Shown here in pieces: positions 39,901-53,693 of a DNA stretch of 64,000 nucleotides. The stretch lies in assembly GCF_000181795.1 (NCBI RefSeq), contig NW_003526943.1:10660789-10724788 (forward strand). Direction: 5' to 3'. Source of the DNA: Trichinella spiralis. Lineage: Eukaryota. The notes under the pieces were generated by a model that searched no databases, was not told where the DNA came from, and worked only from the letters and a program-made list of their open reading frames with translations. Made by a program: the position numbers and the translations under genes. Within the stretch, counting starts at the first letter, position 1. Each line of letters starts with the position of its first letter.

Positions 39901-42383
39901 CCATTCAAATAGGAATATTTTTTCATAAAACAACATTTTAAATGCAATAATGTGCTTCTTTTCAGTAGTCGCGTTGAAAAATTTCAAGACCAGTTGAATG
40001 CACTTATTAATCAATGATGATGCTTGTTTGCCGCCAAATTTTGCATCACATTAGCCAGCGTCTGAGCTGATTAATTTCTAAAAGAGCAGACTATTTCGTT
40101 TATTTCGCATTAAACTTTCAACATGCATATTAGGAAATATTTACACACTTGTTAATCTCTTATTTTCATTAATTTTTAACGCTGTTTACGCTGTTTTATG
40201 ATAAGCTTTAGGAAAACACGCATCACTTGCAATTTAAAGCAATGACCCAACAGCCATAATAGAATAAGTAGCAAAGTAGTATTGATACTTTTATGATTTG
40301 AATATATTGTGTAACTTTTCTATTAAAATACCATTTAAATATCATCCACTATTATTAGTTGCATCATATTCATGCTTATTGTTTGCATATTCCCTGTTAT
40401 TATCATTATTACTGTTATTATCGAAGGATTTTGTTTTAAATATCACAAACAAATAGTTTTTATTATAAAACTTAAAGATTATATATAAGATGCATTTTAG
40501 GAGAATTTTATGCGATAGGATTAAAAATGATAATTTTGACAAAGTTGAGAAACCAAATTTTGCGCCTCTCAGAGCTACGGAATTTTGAAGAGTCTGTGAT
40601 CAATTTCTTGCTCAGTAGGCAAAATTGAAATAATGATTATTTTCATTAAATAATGTTTTTGGTAAAAGCACAGTTTTAGTAGCAAAAATTATATTGATTC
40701 ATATTTTAAAAATTACACGCATAGCATTGAGCTTCTTCAGATTAAATGGATTGAAAGTTGTTAAAATAGCAGAGAAAAAAGTTAATGAAATTGTTAAATT
40801 ATTTATAAATATTAATATACTATAATTAAATATAAAAACTGAAGGGAAATATATTATTAATGATTATTTTTGTACAGTTATTCAATTATAATGAATATTG
40901 TATAATTTATCAGTGTTAAATGAATTGAAATTAATAAAATACGAAGCAATCTTTTGCACTTTAAAAACAAAACGACGTACATTATTCTGTTGTTATTAGA
41001 ACATTTGCTTTGCAACATGAATGAGCATTAATTCTTAACTCTACAGAATTAGAAAATTGCTCCCTCACAAAAAGGCATGCAAGTGTTATAAACAAATGCA
41101 TATTATTTCAGGATATTTTTGCAACTTAAATACAATCTAAATAAGATAATTTAAATATATTTTTGAAATTAAATTTAATTCTCACATTAAATGGAGTTGG
41201 TGAGATTTTAGGTTATAAAAAGTTTTAAATTACAAAAAGTACTACAGGGTTTTTTAGTATGAATAGAGAGCAACAAAATTTATGCAAAAATGGACTACGT
41301 AAAAGTGTTATTATTTGATTTTTATAAATTTATATAGTGTTATTATGACCTTGAAAATTAATTAAAAGTTTCATGCACATGCAATTAATTTTGCATATAT
41401 TTCAAAATAGATATTTAAGAGAGATTTTCATCCATGTGTTGAATTTTTGTAGTATGCTCTTAGAATAGTACATCATAATATGAGACACAGATAGTTATAA
41501 TTTTTCATTTTTTATTTATTCATTATTTTAGTTACGCCATAAGTAATATTTGAATAATACATATTTTGTGCAGAAGTTCGAATATATTGGAAACTAAATT
41601 ATAGTAAACGAACTTATTTCCTGTTTTAGTGCATATGTAAAATTGATTCATTAAAGAATTACGAGTTTTCATTAAATTTTTTCGTTATGAAACAAATTTT
41701 ATTTAATAAAAAAATGAAGGTAACTCAATAAATTGTAGCTTTTATTTAATTAAATTAATGTTTTCAATATGAAATACATTTTTGAGCTGTCAGAAGCGAT
41801 TCAAATTGTGTGTCAGTTTTCAATTTTCCAGTCAAAATATGTGAATAGTTGAATTCACATTTGTTAACATTCAGTGTATACTTTTATTCGATTAATACAA
41901 TAAATTTATTGTGTTAATATTAAATTCAATATAATAATAAAAGCTTGAATTAATATTTTTAATAATATATTGCATATTATATATATATAATTCAAAGAAT
42001 ACATTTAAATAATTAATTTTCAAATTTGTGTAAAATTCACTTTAAATGTAATACTTTTAAATTGATTCATATTTTAATTTATTAAATATTGTCAATGCGC
42101 GTTGTCAAAAAAATTTGGTGAACGTAGCAAAAAGCATACATATTATTTTATACGAGTCGTTTTATGACAGTGGTACTTAGCTGTTGATTTTTATCAGTTT
42201 ATCATTTCAACAAACCAACAAGGTGTCAATATTATATAAAACAAAATTTAATGCACTAATTGTAACTGAAGTTAGTTAATTTTAAACGAGTTTAAAAGCC
42301 AGTGCTTTCCTTTTATCATATTTTATAAATAATATCGCATGCTAGTTGAAAGTTTAAAAAAAGTTGTGAAATAATATTTTAAG

Positions 42384-43380
42384 AAATATCTCAGCGAACG
42401 ATGGAGTCGCAATCCCATGAAAACAGAAAACACTGTTGGCTCGTGTCCAACATCCCCATATTTGAAAAATCAGTACCGTTTAGTTGTACTGGGCTCACGT
42501 AGCACCGGCAAATCGTGTATAGTGAATCGATTCCTGAACGGGTCGTTCCAAGAGTGCTATATTCCAACAATTGAAAATTTTCACCGAAAACTGTACCGCA
42601 TCCATGGTCAATTTTATCAACTTGACATATTAGATACATCTGGCAATGCTCCTTTTCCGGCAACAAGAAGACTTTCCATATTAACAGGTATTCCACATTA
42701 ATATGATAATAAGTTAATTTGATAATTTGTTTGTTATAGGAGATCTCTTTTTGTTGGTATTCAGCGTGAACAATACTGATTCATATGAAGAAGTGTTACA
42801 ATTATGTGAGCAGATAAGAACAATCCGCGCTACATTGGACGACTCACGCAAAGGTGGCGGATTGCGTTTGTCTTTAATCATCGCGGCTAATAAAATTGAT
42901 CTGCTTGACCAGCCACGATCGTCGAACAGCGAAATGGTGGACATGGAAGCAGCGGAACGGTTGTTTTCCAGCACATCCGACTGTGTGCTTATTCGGTGCT
43001 CAGCAAAAACTGGCCAGAATATTGACCAGCTATTCAAACAGCTATTCACAGCGGGAAAATTACCAAAGGAGATGTGCCAAACGGTGAGCAATGGAATACT
43101 GACCGACGGTAAAGCTTCGTCGCCGTCGATGAAAAGAGCAGAGCGAATTGTTCCCCAAGAGCTGAAACGACGGGAAACGTTGTTGCGTCTTTGTGCAAAG
43201 AAAACGGAACCAGCAGTTGTGGAGTATGATTTGCAAGCAAAACGACCCAGCTTGCGTACGGATTTGCTCATGTTTCGTTCCAAACTCATGCCAAAACGTC
43301 GAAGTACTACTGATCATTCGTTATTGACTAGCGGGAAATCTTGGATTGGTAACAGCGGCAGCAACTGCCGTATTTCATAA
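42384..43380 (+). CDS. RASD1: Dexras1/Rhes (RASD family) small GTPase; exons 42384(or ATG 42417)-42687 and 42740-43380
   Basis: YRLVVLGSRSTGKS, YIPTIENFHRKLY, YQLDILDTSGNAPFPATRRLSILTG|DLFLLVFS, ANKID, CSAK, RASD-type tail AKRPSLRTDL and CAAX CRIS. 52-nt GT-AG intron at 42688-42739. RASD1 versus RASD2 orthology is not resolvable. Confidence 0.92.
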
Positions 43381-43622
43381 TAGCATTTCCCCCTGTGTTT
43401 ATATTCATAATTTCAAAGTTCTCATACACTGTTTTAAACATATTTAGTCCCTTCTGTAATTCAAAACTGACTGTACAAGAAATCAAATTTTACACAAAAT
43501 CAGTCAAATGCATTGCTTTTGTTCGATAATGTTAAATGAAAAGAATAAATGGTATGTTGAGATATTTTTAATTTTATAAACAATATTATAACACATTTTT
43601 GTTTTATGAAGAATTTCACATA

Positions 43623-46600
43623 TTAACCGCTAGGATTTTCTTTTTCTTGCACAGTCATTTTGCAAAAGCATAAAGTGACCTTTGACACTATTTTCGAGCA
43701 AACATCCATTGAAGCAACGAGAATTCCAGACAAAAGAATTCCCGCACCTCCAACATAAAATGTTGCTTCATACGTTTTGGTAATGTCATACAAAGCTCCT
43801 AAAATAAAATAAAGTAAATTAAAAGTATTTCTAATGAAATAACTACTTCACTTCTGCTCCAAAGCTATTTCATTTCCTTCATCAAAATTTACATACATCC
43901 TTTTTGTTCCACTACATAAATTAAAGATCATATGTTTAAATAAAAGGCATATATTGTCATTTAGCCCTTAGAGTTTGGCTTCAGCTAATAGCATAAGTAT
44001 AATTTTAAATAGAGCATTAATATGTAACTAATTTTCAATACTTCATTAAACAGTGCATTGTATGAAGAGATATGGTAGAAAAATTAAAAATTATTAAACA
44101 ACTTAACAAAATCACTTCATTTACCTGCAAATGGCGTACCGAGTAGATTTCCCAATCCCTGGACAAACAGAACCAAACCATAAGCCTCAGCAAACTGATT
44201 GATGTTTGTCAATTCGACAACTATCAATGATGTCATAGATGCGCTTGCACTGATTGCAAAGCCAAATATTACACAAAGTGTGCAAATCAGTGCAAAAGAA
44301 GAAGTCAATGGAATTACGCCAACGCAAACACCACATACTGCCGTGCAAAAGCCGAACCAAAGCATGTTATTGATTTGTGGCATATCAGCCAATGCACCGA
44401 ACAAGATCACTGATATGGTATTTACAAGACCAATAATGGAAACCAACAAAGAAGCTGTTTGCTTGGTTATTTGAAAAAATTCTGTGCTATATTCAGGCAA
44501 GTTGTTGTAAAAAATATCATTGAAAGAAAAGAAGAGAAAATTTGCAAAAAGAAAAAATGAAAGTTTGCCATTTTTCAACATCATCAACTGATTATGAAAT
44601 TTCCGCATAAAGCTCCAAGGGCTTTTAGCAGGTCGACTGGCCGACTCAGATGACAATGATTTCAAGAGTATCACAGGTTTTCGTACTAGAAATTCTGGTG
44701 CACTGAACTTTCTGCCGTAATATATTCCTACTGAAGATGGACAAACAGCTTCTGGTTCAATCCATCCTGAATCCATGTACTGTATTTGGACTGAACAAAC
44801 CTGTCGACTGTTAATATCTTTAAAATATTGTAAATTATAAATAAAGAAATAACTATACACTTACATATATTATTCATCAAGGCCTTTTATTTATATATAC
44901 TCTTAGAATAGTACATGTTCTTGATTCGATGAAAAATATATATTCTTCATGAGATCGCATTTAAAAACTAATGATATTAATGCTGTTTTCTCTTAGCTGC
45001 TTCTAGTGTAATACATAAATCATTCAATCCCCTTTTATATATAAAATGTATCTGTCAAAAACATTAATCCTCAAAAACAGAAACAATAAAAACAAAATTT
45101 TGAAAAAAATCAAATGGAATAATGCTTTACTATATATAGATATATTATCATGTAATGCTACCATAAAATATACAAAAGTAGAATGATTTTTCAGAAAGCT
45201 TTTTCAGGAAAAAAAATGGAAAAATTAGATTAATTAATCAACAGAATTAATGATCTTGAATTTGTGAATTTGACATGGAACATTCTTTTACTAAGATGAT
45301 TCTGAAGCTTATTTAAAGATACATTATTAAAATTAAGAAATACATTTAAAAATCCGAACATTGGAGAAAATGTGAATTCAAGTTTGAAATCTTTATAGAG
45401 TTCAAAAATTAAGTCATAAAAAATATACAAGCTGCATACCTGAAACTGCGCCACAATCCACTTGAAAATTTTGGGCAGATGGTTGTGATAAGCTAAATAT
45501 GTTTAAATTTTTTAAAAGTATTTGAGCAATAAAATATATTTAAAGATACGTAAAATTAAGTATTTTATTTTCTTACTTTATAATAATAGCTTTTTCAGTT
45601 GCAAATTCATTCAAAAGAGAAAATAGTAAATGTATATTAGTTATTTATTTTGATGTATCTATTAATATATTCATCAGAAAGCTTGCAATGAAAACTTCTT
45701 GATAAGAATAAGAATGTGGATTAAGAATGAATATTAAACACAAAAGTTTATAACATTCTGAATATACATTACTGCCAAAGATATATTTTTGTTCCCTTGA
45801 GGTGAAATTAATAAATTGCATGCTATTTAAAAACAATAAACAAAAATAAAAGTTTTACCAAAAAAAATGAAATGATCTGGTAACATTTTTTTGAGCAAAA
45901 TTGGTGCACATCTGGGTTTGCTGCTTTCTCCTGGTACATTTGAAGCTTTTGTTGCTAGCAGACTGTAGACCTGAAAAACTGCCACTACGTTTGAAATTTA
46001 CAGTTTGCTTATTCTGCTCATGGCACTTTCCTTGGCTCTTTTGAACAGCTTTGCCATGTTGACTGCTAAATTGTTTTATGTGAGAGTGATGCTTTTCGGC
46101 AAATTTTCTAGTATCTAAATGTGAATAACTACAAAATAAATATCGATTATATATGCACTTATAAATATATTGGATGCAATTATAAATTGTATTTATTAGA
46201 TAATTTTAAGCAATTGATAATGACAGTGAAGTGTTCATACGTGAAATACAAGCACTGAATTACCATGACTAAATCGAGGATCCCGCAACAAAGCTCCACA
46301 AACAAATAAGTTCAACGATATGCCTGATAAAATGAACAACGCACCATCCCAATAAAAAAGGTTCAGCAGTGCTTCAGTGACTGGTGCAAAAATTATCGTT
46401 CCAATGCCTGTGCCACAAACAGCAAAACTGGTCGCTATACCTCGTTTTTTATCAAAATAATGCGTCACTGCTACAATGGCAGTTGTGCAACAAATACCCA
46501 AACCAGAGCCTGCCAGAATGCCAAACGCAACGCACAACACGTATATATTTGTCGTGAAAACGCTAAATTAAAAGGCAAAATGTGTTGCAAAATTGCTCTA

Positions 46601-46935
46601 TCATATTTTAATTACCTTACAAAAAAGCCTACAAAAGTCACTGAAGCACCGAGAAAAGTTACATGACGAAAGTTGTATTTTTCAATCAAGCCGCTTGCAA
46701 CAGGACCAACAAGAAGAGGTAGTGCCATGAAAAATGCTCCAACCACCGATGATATTGCTTTAGAAGCATAGAACTGGCGTTGTATTTCCGGGAACAGTAT
46801 ACCAAAGCTGTATGCAAAGCCATCGGAAATTACATGCGTAGCAAACGCTGCAAACGCTACTACCCAACCGTAGCCTCCGTCTCTGGCAACGAGAGCATTG
46901 AATGGAATGGATTTTTGTGTTTTTTCAGTCGACAT
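43623..46935 (-). CDS. Monocarboxylate transporter family (SLC16/MFS) protein, about 6 exons
   Basis: DGGYGWVVAFAAF, YFDKKRGIATSFAVCGTGIG, AYGLVLFVQGLGNLLGTPFAG|ALYDITKTY. Approximate exons: 46935-46616, 46562-46264, 46128-~45860, ~45492-45440, ~44818-44125, ~43798-43623. Confidence 0.92.
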
Positions 46936-47277
46936 TGAAATCTGAAAACTGTATATTATATTAAAATTATTTCAAAAAAAATATTTTACATCTCTTTGTA
47001 TAATTTTTTAAAAGTGCAAATTCTCCTAACTGCATACGCTGAACAATTTGCTTTGTACATATGTACGCAAAGGGTATTTCATCATTTCTCAAATACTGCA
47101 ATCAAGCTTTTATTCTTTTATAATTTATTTAACTGACTAAGAAAACATGATTAAAAAATTTTTTAGATCGGTATTTATTTAAAATTCACACATTTATTAT
47201 TTTATCAATTCAAATATGATATCAATTTAGCATTTTTATAAATCATTGATAAAAAATATGCATATTTAATGTATATT

Positions 47278-47280
<3 letters not shown>

Positions 47281-47307
<27 letters not shown>
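47281..47307. repeat. (ACA)9 microsatellite
   Basis: Read directly. Confidence 0.9.
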
Positions 47308-47308
<1 letters not shown>

Positions 47309-50300
47309 GAATTATCGTCAACAGTATAGAAAGAGATCATTATGACGTATAATATTGGATGTCAACACTGGCATACCACATGACGCAAATTGATATTCAA
47401 TGCTCACATTCCAGTAGCATCAGAATTTGAGTTTTTATCATAGTCAATTTCATTTCACTCAAATTCATACATTCAAAAAATAAAATAAAATAAAAAGACA
47501 ACAATAAGCAAATTTTACGAAAAAGTATTCAACAGCATTAGCAGTTTTTGTTTTGTTTTGCATCATCAAAGAATACAAAACATATGTGCTAATAATTTTA
47601 GCATAATAACTTGCAAATTACATCTGAATACTTTTTTTGTGTAACCGGAGAAGCAAGTGTAAAGGTGAATATCAATTCAGCAAAATTTCACAATTCTCTC
47701 TAATTAAGTAAAGAAAAAAACGATGCACCACTATTGTGAAATATATATTTTTTTTCAACTGCTTCTAATTATTTGATAATATATGATATACTATGAACTG
47801 GAATATCAGACTTGAAAATAAGCTTAAAATAATTAGTTCAAGAATGACAAATAAAAAATACAGTATTACAGAATTGCACAAATTGAGATATTTGTTTTTT
47901 TGTTGTGTTAAATAAAAATAGAAATAAAAAAGCAATAAGCACGCTTATCTTTGAAGATGTTTTTCAACTGCAGCTCAACAACAGCAGCTGTTCCATCTCG
48001 ACTAGTTAAAATGCTATTATTTATCAACAGCAAACATTGATGCATAAAAAAATAGATGAATATCAGAAAATAATAATAATAAAAATTAGTTTTTTAATAA
48101 AAAAAGGAGAAAGGACAGGTGAAATTTTGCAAGCTTTCTTTCACTTTCATTTGTCAAAAGTTCAACATGTCATAAATTATTAAAGGCAAAAAAAGGAAGG
48201 AGGAATTTTTAGCCGTATTGATTGAAATTGTCGTGGCAAGCTAAAATGAAAAAGATTCTTTTCTAAAAGAAGTCAATAAAATCTGTCAGTTGCAAAATGT
48301 AAAAGAATCCACGGAATTTATGCAAGTGAAATTTCAACAATTTGCAAAAATAGTAATAATAATTAATAAATTAACCTTCTTACTGTAGTGAGCATAAATG
48401 ATTAATTAATACAGAAATCCATTTTAATTGATAATATATATATATTTATATTTATTTCAAAAAAAAACAGCAGCAAATTCATTCCATCGGAATGCATTAA
48501 TGTGATGTCAAATAGAATACGTCAATAAATTTCTCATCAAAACTTTCGAAACATATTTCTCAGTAAAAAATCTTTCATCCATCTTCACTAGCCAAATTAT
48601 GAATAATAAAATGTTCAAATTATCCATCAAATATTAAATAAATAAATTAATAAAAAGAATCACACAACATGCAAAAGTAGAAAAAAAGTATTCGGCAATA
48701 CTCTATCGAAAAGTTTTCATCTTTCCACATTGAAGCAATTGACGACACTCAACATTACAAGGTACAATAAATAATAATTAAAAAAAGCTTTACAAACAGT
48801 TTCACATAGCAAGATCACAGTTTCAAGTATTCTTTAAGTTAATATTTATTATCATGAAAACTTCAACCACTGAATATTATTATTTATGCACACTTTGTAA
48901 GAAATACAGCATTTCAGATGAAAATTTAATTTTAGTCGAACAACGAAGCAACTCTAAAGTGTATAAGCAAAATTCTTTTTCTCAAAAAAAGAATATACTG
49001 CTTAATTTAGAATTTTATTTAAAAAAAACTAATTCAAACGACAGTATTCAATAAATTTGCATAAAATTAAAAGTTCAACATCGATCCCATTTTCTCTTCT
49101 CTTGACTTTTTCTTTCAGCTGTCCATTTTCAACTGCATATTTATAAATTATTTTTGATTAATTTTTGATCAATAAATTTTTAATGAAAATTAAATTTTTC
49201 CAAAAATTTTTTTTTCTTCGTTTTCAAACAAAATTATACCGTATATTTAGCAAAGTAAAAGAATAAATCTTCCTTTCAGCTTTATCTGTCAGAAATGCTG
49301 TATCAAAATCTGCAACGATGCAGAATATGATGTGTAAAGTGCGTTGATGGAATTAAAAAAACAAACATCCATTGTTGTTGGATTGATTAATTAATTTTTG
49401 ATTCGAATTTGCATACATCACCTTCATCGGAGCAGAAGAGGCTTTTCATTGTTCAAATGTGGTTCCATTGGCAGATGATGTTCATCATCGGTCATACACC
49501 CATTCTGTGAACTGAAATTAAACGTGAACAACAAAACAGATAACACTACTTGCAAAAATTTGTTTGGTGGAAAATTTATTTTAATATATCCTGTGAGTTG
49601 AAAGTTGGCATAAATATTGGTCGCCAGTTGTCGATAAAGATTCATTTACCAAACTCATATTAGCAAGGCCAATTGGTTCATTCAAAAAATTCCGCTTGCC
49701 AGAGATCTTTCCATTAAAAAGAACATATTGATAAATAAATGAAATTATAAAAAGAGATACATGCTTATTTCTTAATTTTTATTTTTTTTCATATAAATAT
49801 AATTAATTTTGAAAAATATTCAGGTAAAACTCGATATTGTGAATGATACACAAGTTGATGTATGTTAACACCAACCAGAGCATCATCCATGAGTGTTGGA
49901 ATGACAAGTAAGTAGTAAGCGAGTAAAAATTTGGATAATTTCCTGCTATAGATGACGTTGGGGAATTTGAGAAAAAAAATCAATTCTCTTAATCGCCTCT
50001 CAGTGCATGCAGCATTTATTGTTTGAAAAACACGGCGCCAACAATGCTTTTACTATATGCTGATATACGTTGCATAAGCATTATTTAAAAAATACAACAA
50101 AAAGCAAAATTAAAACCATTCGATAAAACTAATTAATTCTGTTCGTGTGAATAATACGAATAATAGTAGCAATTAAATTTGAATTTTCCAATGTTGATAA
50201 GATCGAATTATGGATTAGTAATGAATTTTCATTGTTTAAAAAATTTCGTAATATTAACTCTTCACATATATTATTATTGTTAAATAAATATACACTTTAT

Positions 50301-51715
50301 CCCAAATCACAACATTATATTTATTAAACGCTAACAAAAAACAAATTTACTCTTTACAAAATTTGCACCAATAATAATAGCATGGAGTGTGTATGCCACT
50401 GGTCCAAAAGAACTTGCAACCACGATGAGGTGAAGCACAGCAGCAGCATCAAAAGTTTGAAGTTCTATGAAAGACGCATATTATTATTCGAAATTTATGA
50501 ACATTTTTTCAAATCAAATTATTATGACGTCACGAAACCAAAAAGTCAATATAGAAACACTTTTTGATTGGCTGCACGTCTACTGTTTGAGCAAAAATTG
50601 TCAGAAAAAAAGCCAACCAATCATAATCAAATAGCCAGCAGTTAACTATCGGGTATGAATGAAGAAATTGCACTTCATTTTCGTCGGAAAAAGCATATCA
50701 AGGAAAGTAATTCATTTTTAAAATTTAATAACTTTCATGATCGACAAATTCAACAAAATTTTGTCAACTTAGCGTTCATCATTACAGCAACAACTGCAAG
50801 AAAGCCATCTATTTTGCATGCAATATTTGATCAGATTTGCCGTAAAAACAGTAAGCTATATTATTAATTTATTCACATATTTCAAATTGACCGTTTTATG
50901 CAATCAAAGCCTTGCTGCCAATGGTGGTGATCTGCAAGTTTAGTGCGTACAAATATGCATCTAGCATATGCATAAAATGAAATCATCTTGAAAAACACTT
51001 TACTTTAAAAAAATAAAACAACAACTCATTGAATATTTTGATAATTTGATAAAGAGAATACAAAATACAAATTTTAGTGATGAAATTGATTTGAAATTTA
51101 ACTAAAAAGTAAATATTCGACGCAGATAATTTTTTAAATCTTCAATTAACAAAAACAAAATAAATTTTAATACTAAAATCAAATAACAACTGGTAAAACT
51201 GGAGTTTAAAAATTAAGCAAATCAAATTAAATTATATTGCATTTTTCCCACCTAACATGAATAGAATGTACTGAGAGAATATTTTGCGCATATCCTCTGT
51301 TTGTGCTTCTTTCTTCTACATAAATGTAATACACATTCATGAATAGTTTTGAAGAAAAAAATGAAAAAGCCTCCATTAATAGTAATTTAAGCTTTACAAA
51401 TTTAAACAATTATTTGAAATGCAAACGTGAACAAAACAGTCGTTTAGAAATTAATTTCAATAATAATAAAAAAAACAAGCTTATTCAACATTATTTATTT
51501 ATTGACATGCAACAAGAACTACTGCTTCAGTATATTTATATTCAATAGAGACAGAATGCTATGAAAAAGAAAAAATTGATTACAATCGAATAAAAATGAG
51601 AGAAGTAATGGTGAAATTTGCTGAAAAGCTTCCAGTGTAAATTTCAGCAGAAAAAAGGAAGAAGTTGACCAATAAATTTAAATTCAATCAGCATTACTAT
51701 TCTTGCTTGAAAAGT

Positions 51716-53693
51716 TTAATAAAACCCTGGAAACGCGGCCTCTTTCGGCTTAAGCAAATCAACCAAATAATAAATCGTCCCGGCTAAGCCTAGACGTAGA
51801 AAAAAAAACAATTAACATTAGCTTTGCGTATGTTTCTCGTTTCTCCAGAATTATCAAATAAGCACGAACCTTCATAAAGTGAGTATGGTCGATCAGCAAT
51901 GCGACATCCATGCTTTCCATAATCGAAAATCCACTCTGCGAACTTGGATAAAAAGGTTTGATTGCAACGTTTCGAAAAAAAATAATAAATTTCCCACAAT
52001 CATCCTCACCTTCAATGCTCGATGCAAATATTTCAAATCATCCGTCAATTGATACATCGCCAAAAATGCATATCCATTGCCAGCGGTGCCATGACACAGA
52101 CCGTAACCTTTTTTCAACAATCCTCGAGCCCAAATCACATCTGCACAAGCAACTGCCTCTTTGAAATATTCTTCTTTACCATAAATCTGAAAAGAATTTC
52201 GTTTTTAAAAATTTATCATCTTTTAATTTTTTTTCAATTACAGCATGTGCTTGAATGAGCATGTGAATAAATCCAGGAGCTCCGTGACACCAGTGGACCA
52301 ATTTGTCCGTCTCTTTGCCAAGTGAAGACGGATAGTTGCCACTTGGAAAGCGAAGAGTTATCAAATAATCAATTGTCTGCTCAACTGCAGATTTCAAATT
52401 GACATTTTCACAAAAATTTGGAGTCTAAGAAAAAAATACAAATTACACTTTCAAAAGTACACCAATAAAAAATAAGACAAAATAAAAGACCCTCATCAAG
52501 GTGAAAAGTATTCCCGCAAGACCATGAGCCGCACCCAAATAATATGTACCATGCCATTTGTAAAGCAACTTGCACTGCGTGTTATTTCCCAGTCGTATCC
52601 CACTACGGTATATTTCATCGACAACCTGAAAAAAAATTATCAAATTATCAAAATTGAATAATTAATTGACTGAAAAAATAAAATTTCAAACTTTTGCTAT
52701 TGCAGCATCCAAACCGGAAAAATTTCCAAATTCTCTGCGAACAAGCATCAAAGAATACAAATAACCACTACGACCGTACAATAGTTCATCTGGTAAATCT
52801 TCATTTTCAGTTTCATTTGCCATTGCAATTAATCTATTAATTTATTTGAAAAAAAATTCACTTTTAAATATGCTACATTATCATAATCAAAACGGAAAAG
52901 CAACGCAACAAGACTTACTTTTCCAGTGCACTAGAAGCGATGGCATCTTGCTTTGCTGACCGATGAACAAGCGCTTCAATTGCATAACTTCCACCTGTTC
53001 CACACAAGAAAGTCGGCTAGAAAGCATAAAATGGAACAAATTTAATTTAAAAAAAAACAATATTATAAACAGCATATTTTTGAAATCATTACGGTTCTCG
53101 TTTTCCAACGTTTGGTCATGTTTATCGATTTCACTGCTTTTGCCAAATAATCCGAACTGTTGTCATCGTTCAACTTCTGGTACAAATGGTGATAAAGTAG
53201 TGCATATCCTAGAACACTGTTGAAATTAATAATAAAATTTAAACATGAAAAATAAGAAAATTGTTTAATATACTTCGAAATGAAATTTCAATCAAAGAAA
53301 CTCAAATTTGAATAGAACTTTTCAAAAAAAAATACAATCTTTTAATACTGATACAGAATAATAATCTAAACAGCATATTTTACCACTGATTCCTGTATAA
53401 ACAGAGAAATCATTTTCCGAGTCATTTCGAATAGCATTTATCCATAATGGTGTTAAATAGTAGATGCAGTCGCGAATTCTTGAACTCCAATGATCATTCA
53501 ACTGAAATAAACAATGATCATAAACAGAACAAATAAATATTTCAATTAATAAACTTCAAATTGTATTAACAAAAATGTGAAAATTAACAAATGCATTCAA
53601 TTTACATACCGTTTCGCCATTTTCACTCAAATACTGTGTACGGTTTGAAAGACAATAATCTTCAAAATTATTTGCAAACGAGCGGCCGTCCAT
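51716..53693 (-). CDS. LANCL: LanC-like protein (eukaryotic LANCL1/2 family), multi-exon
   Basis: MDGRSFANNFEDY start, SVYTGISG, TFLCG, DELLYGRSGYLYSL, YLGAAHGLAGI, SGNYPSS, LVHWCHGAPG, GLCHGTAGNGYAFL, ADRPYSLYEG|LAGTIYYL...AAFPGFY. Zinc-ligand motifs WCHG and CHG are intact. Confidence 0.95.

Noticed and set aside
21200..42380. Numerous 60-90 aa ORFs rich in F/I/K/N, including the poly-His ORF at 27691-27879
   Set aside because: Composition mirrors AT-rich non-coding DNA, and the poly-His derives from the (TGA)9 microsatellite.
42714..43289. 191-aa antisense ORF over RASD
   Set aside because: Shadow ORF of a GC-richer exon with no motifs.
51716..53693. LanC-like gene as sign of a lanthipeptide cluster or horizontal transfer
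   Set aside because: It has spliceosomal introns and eukaryotic LANCL features, and no LanB/LanM or precursor peptide is nearby.
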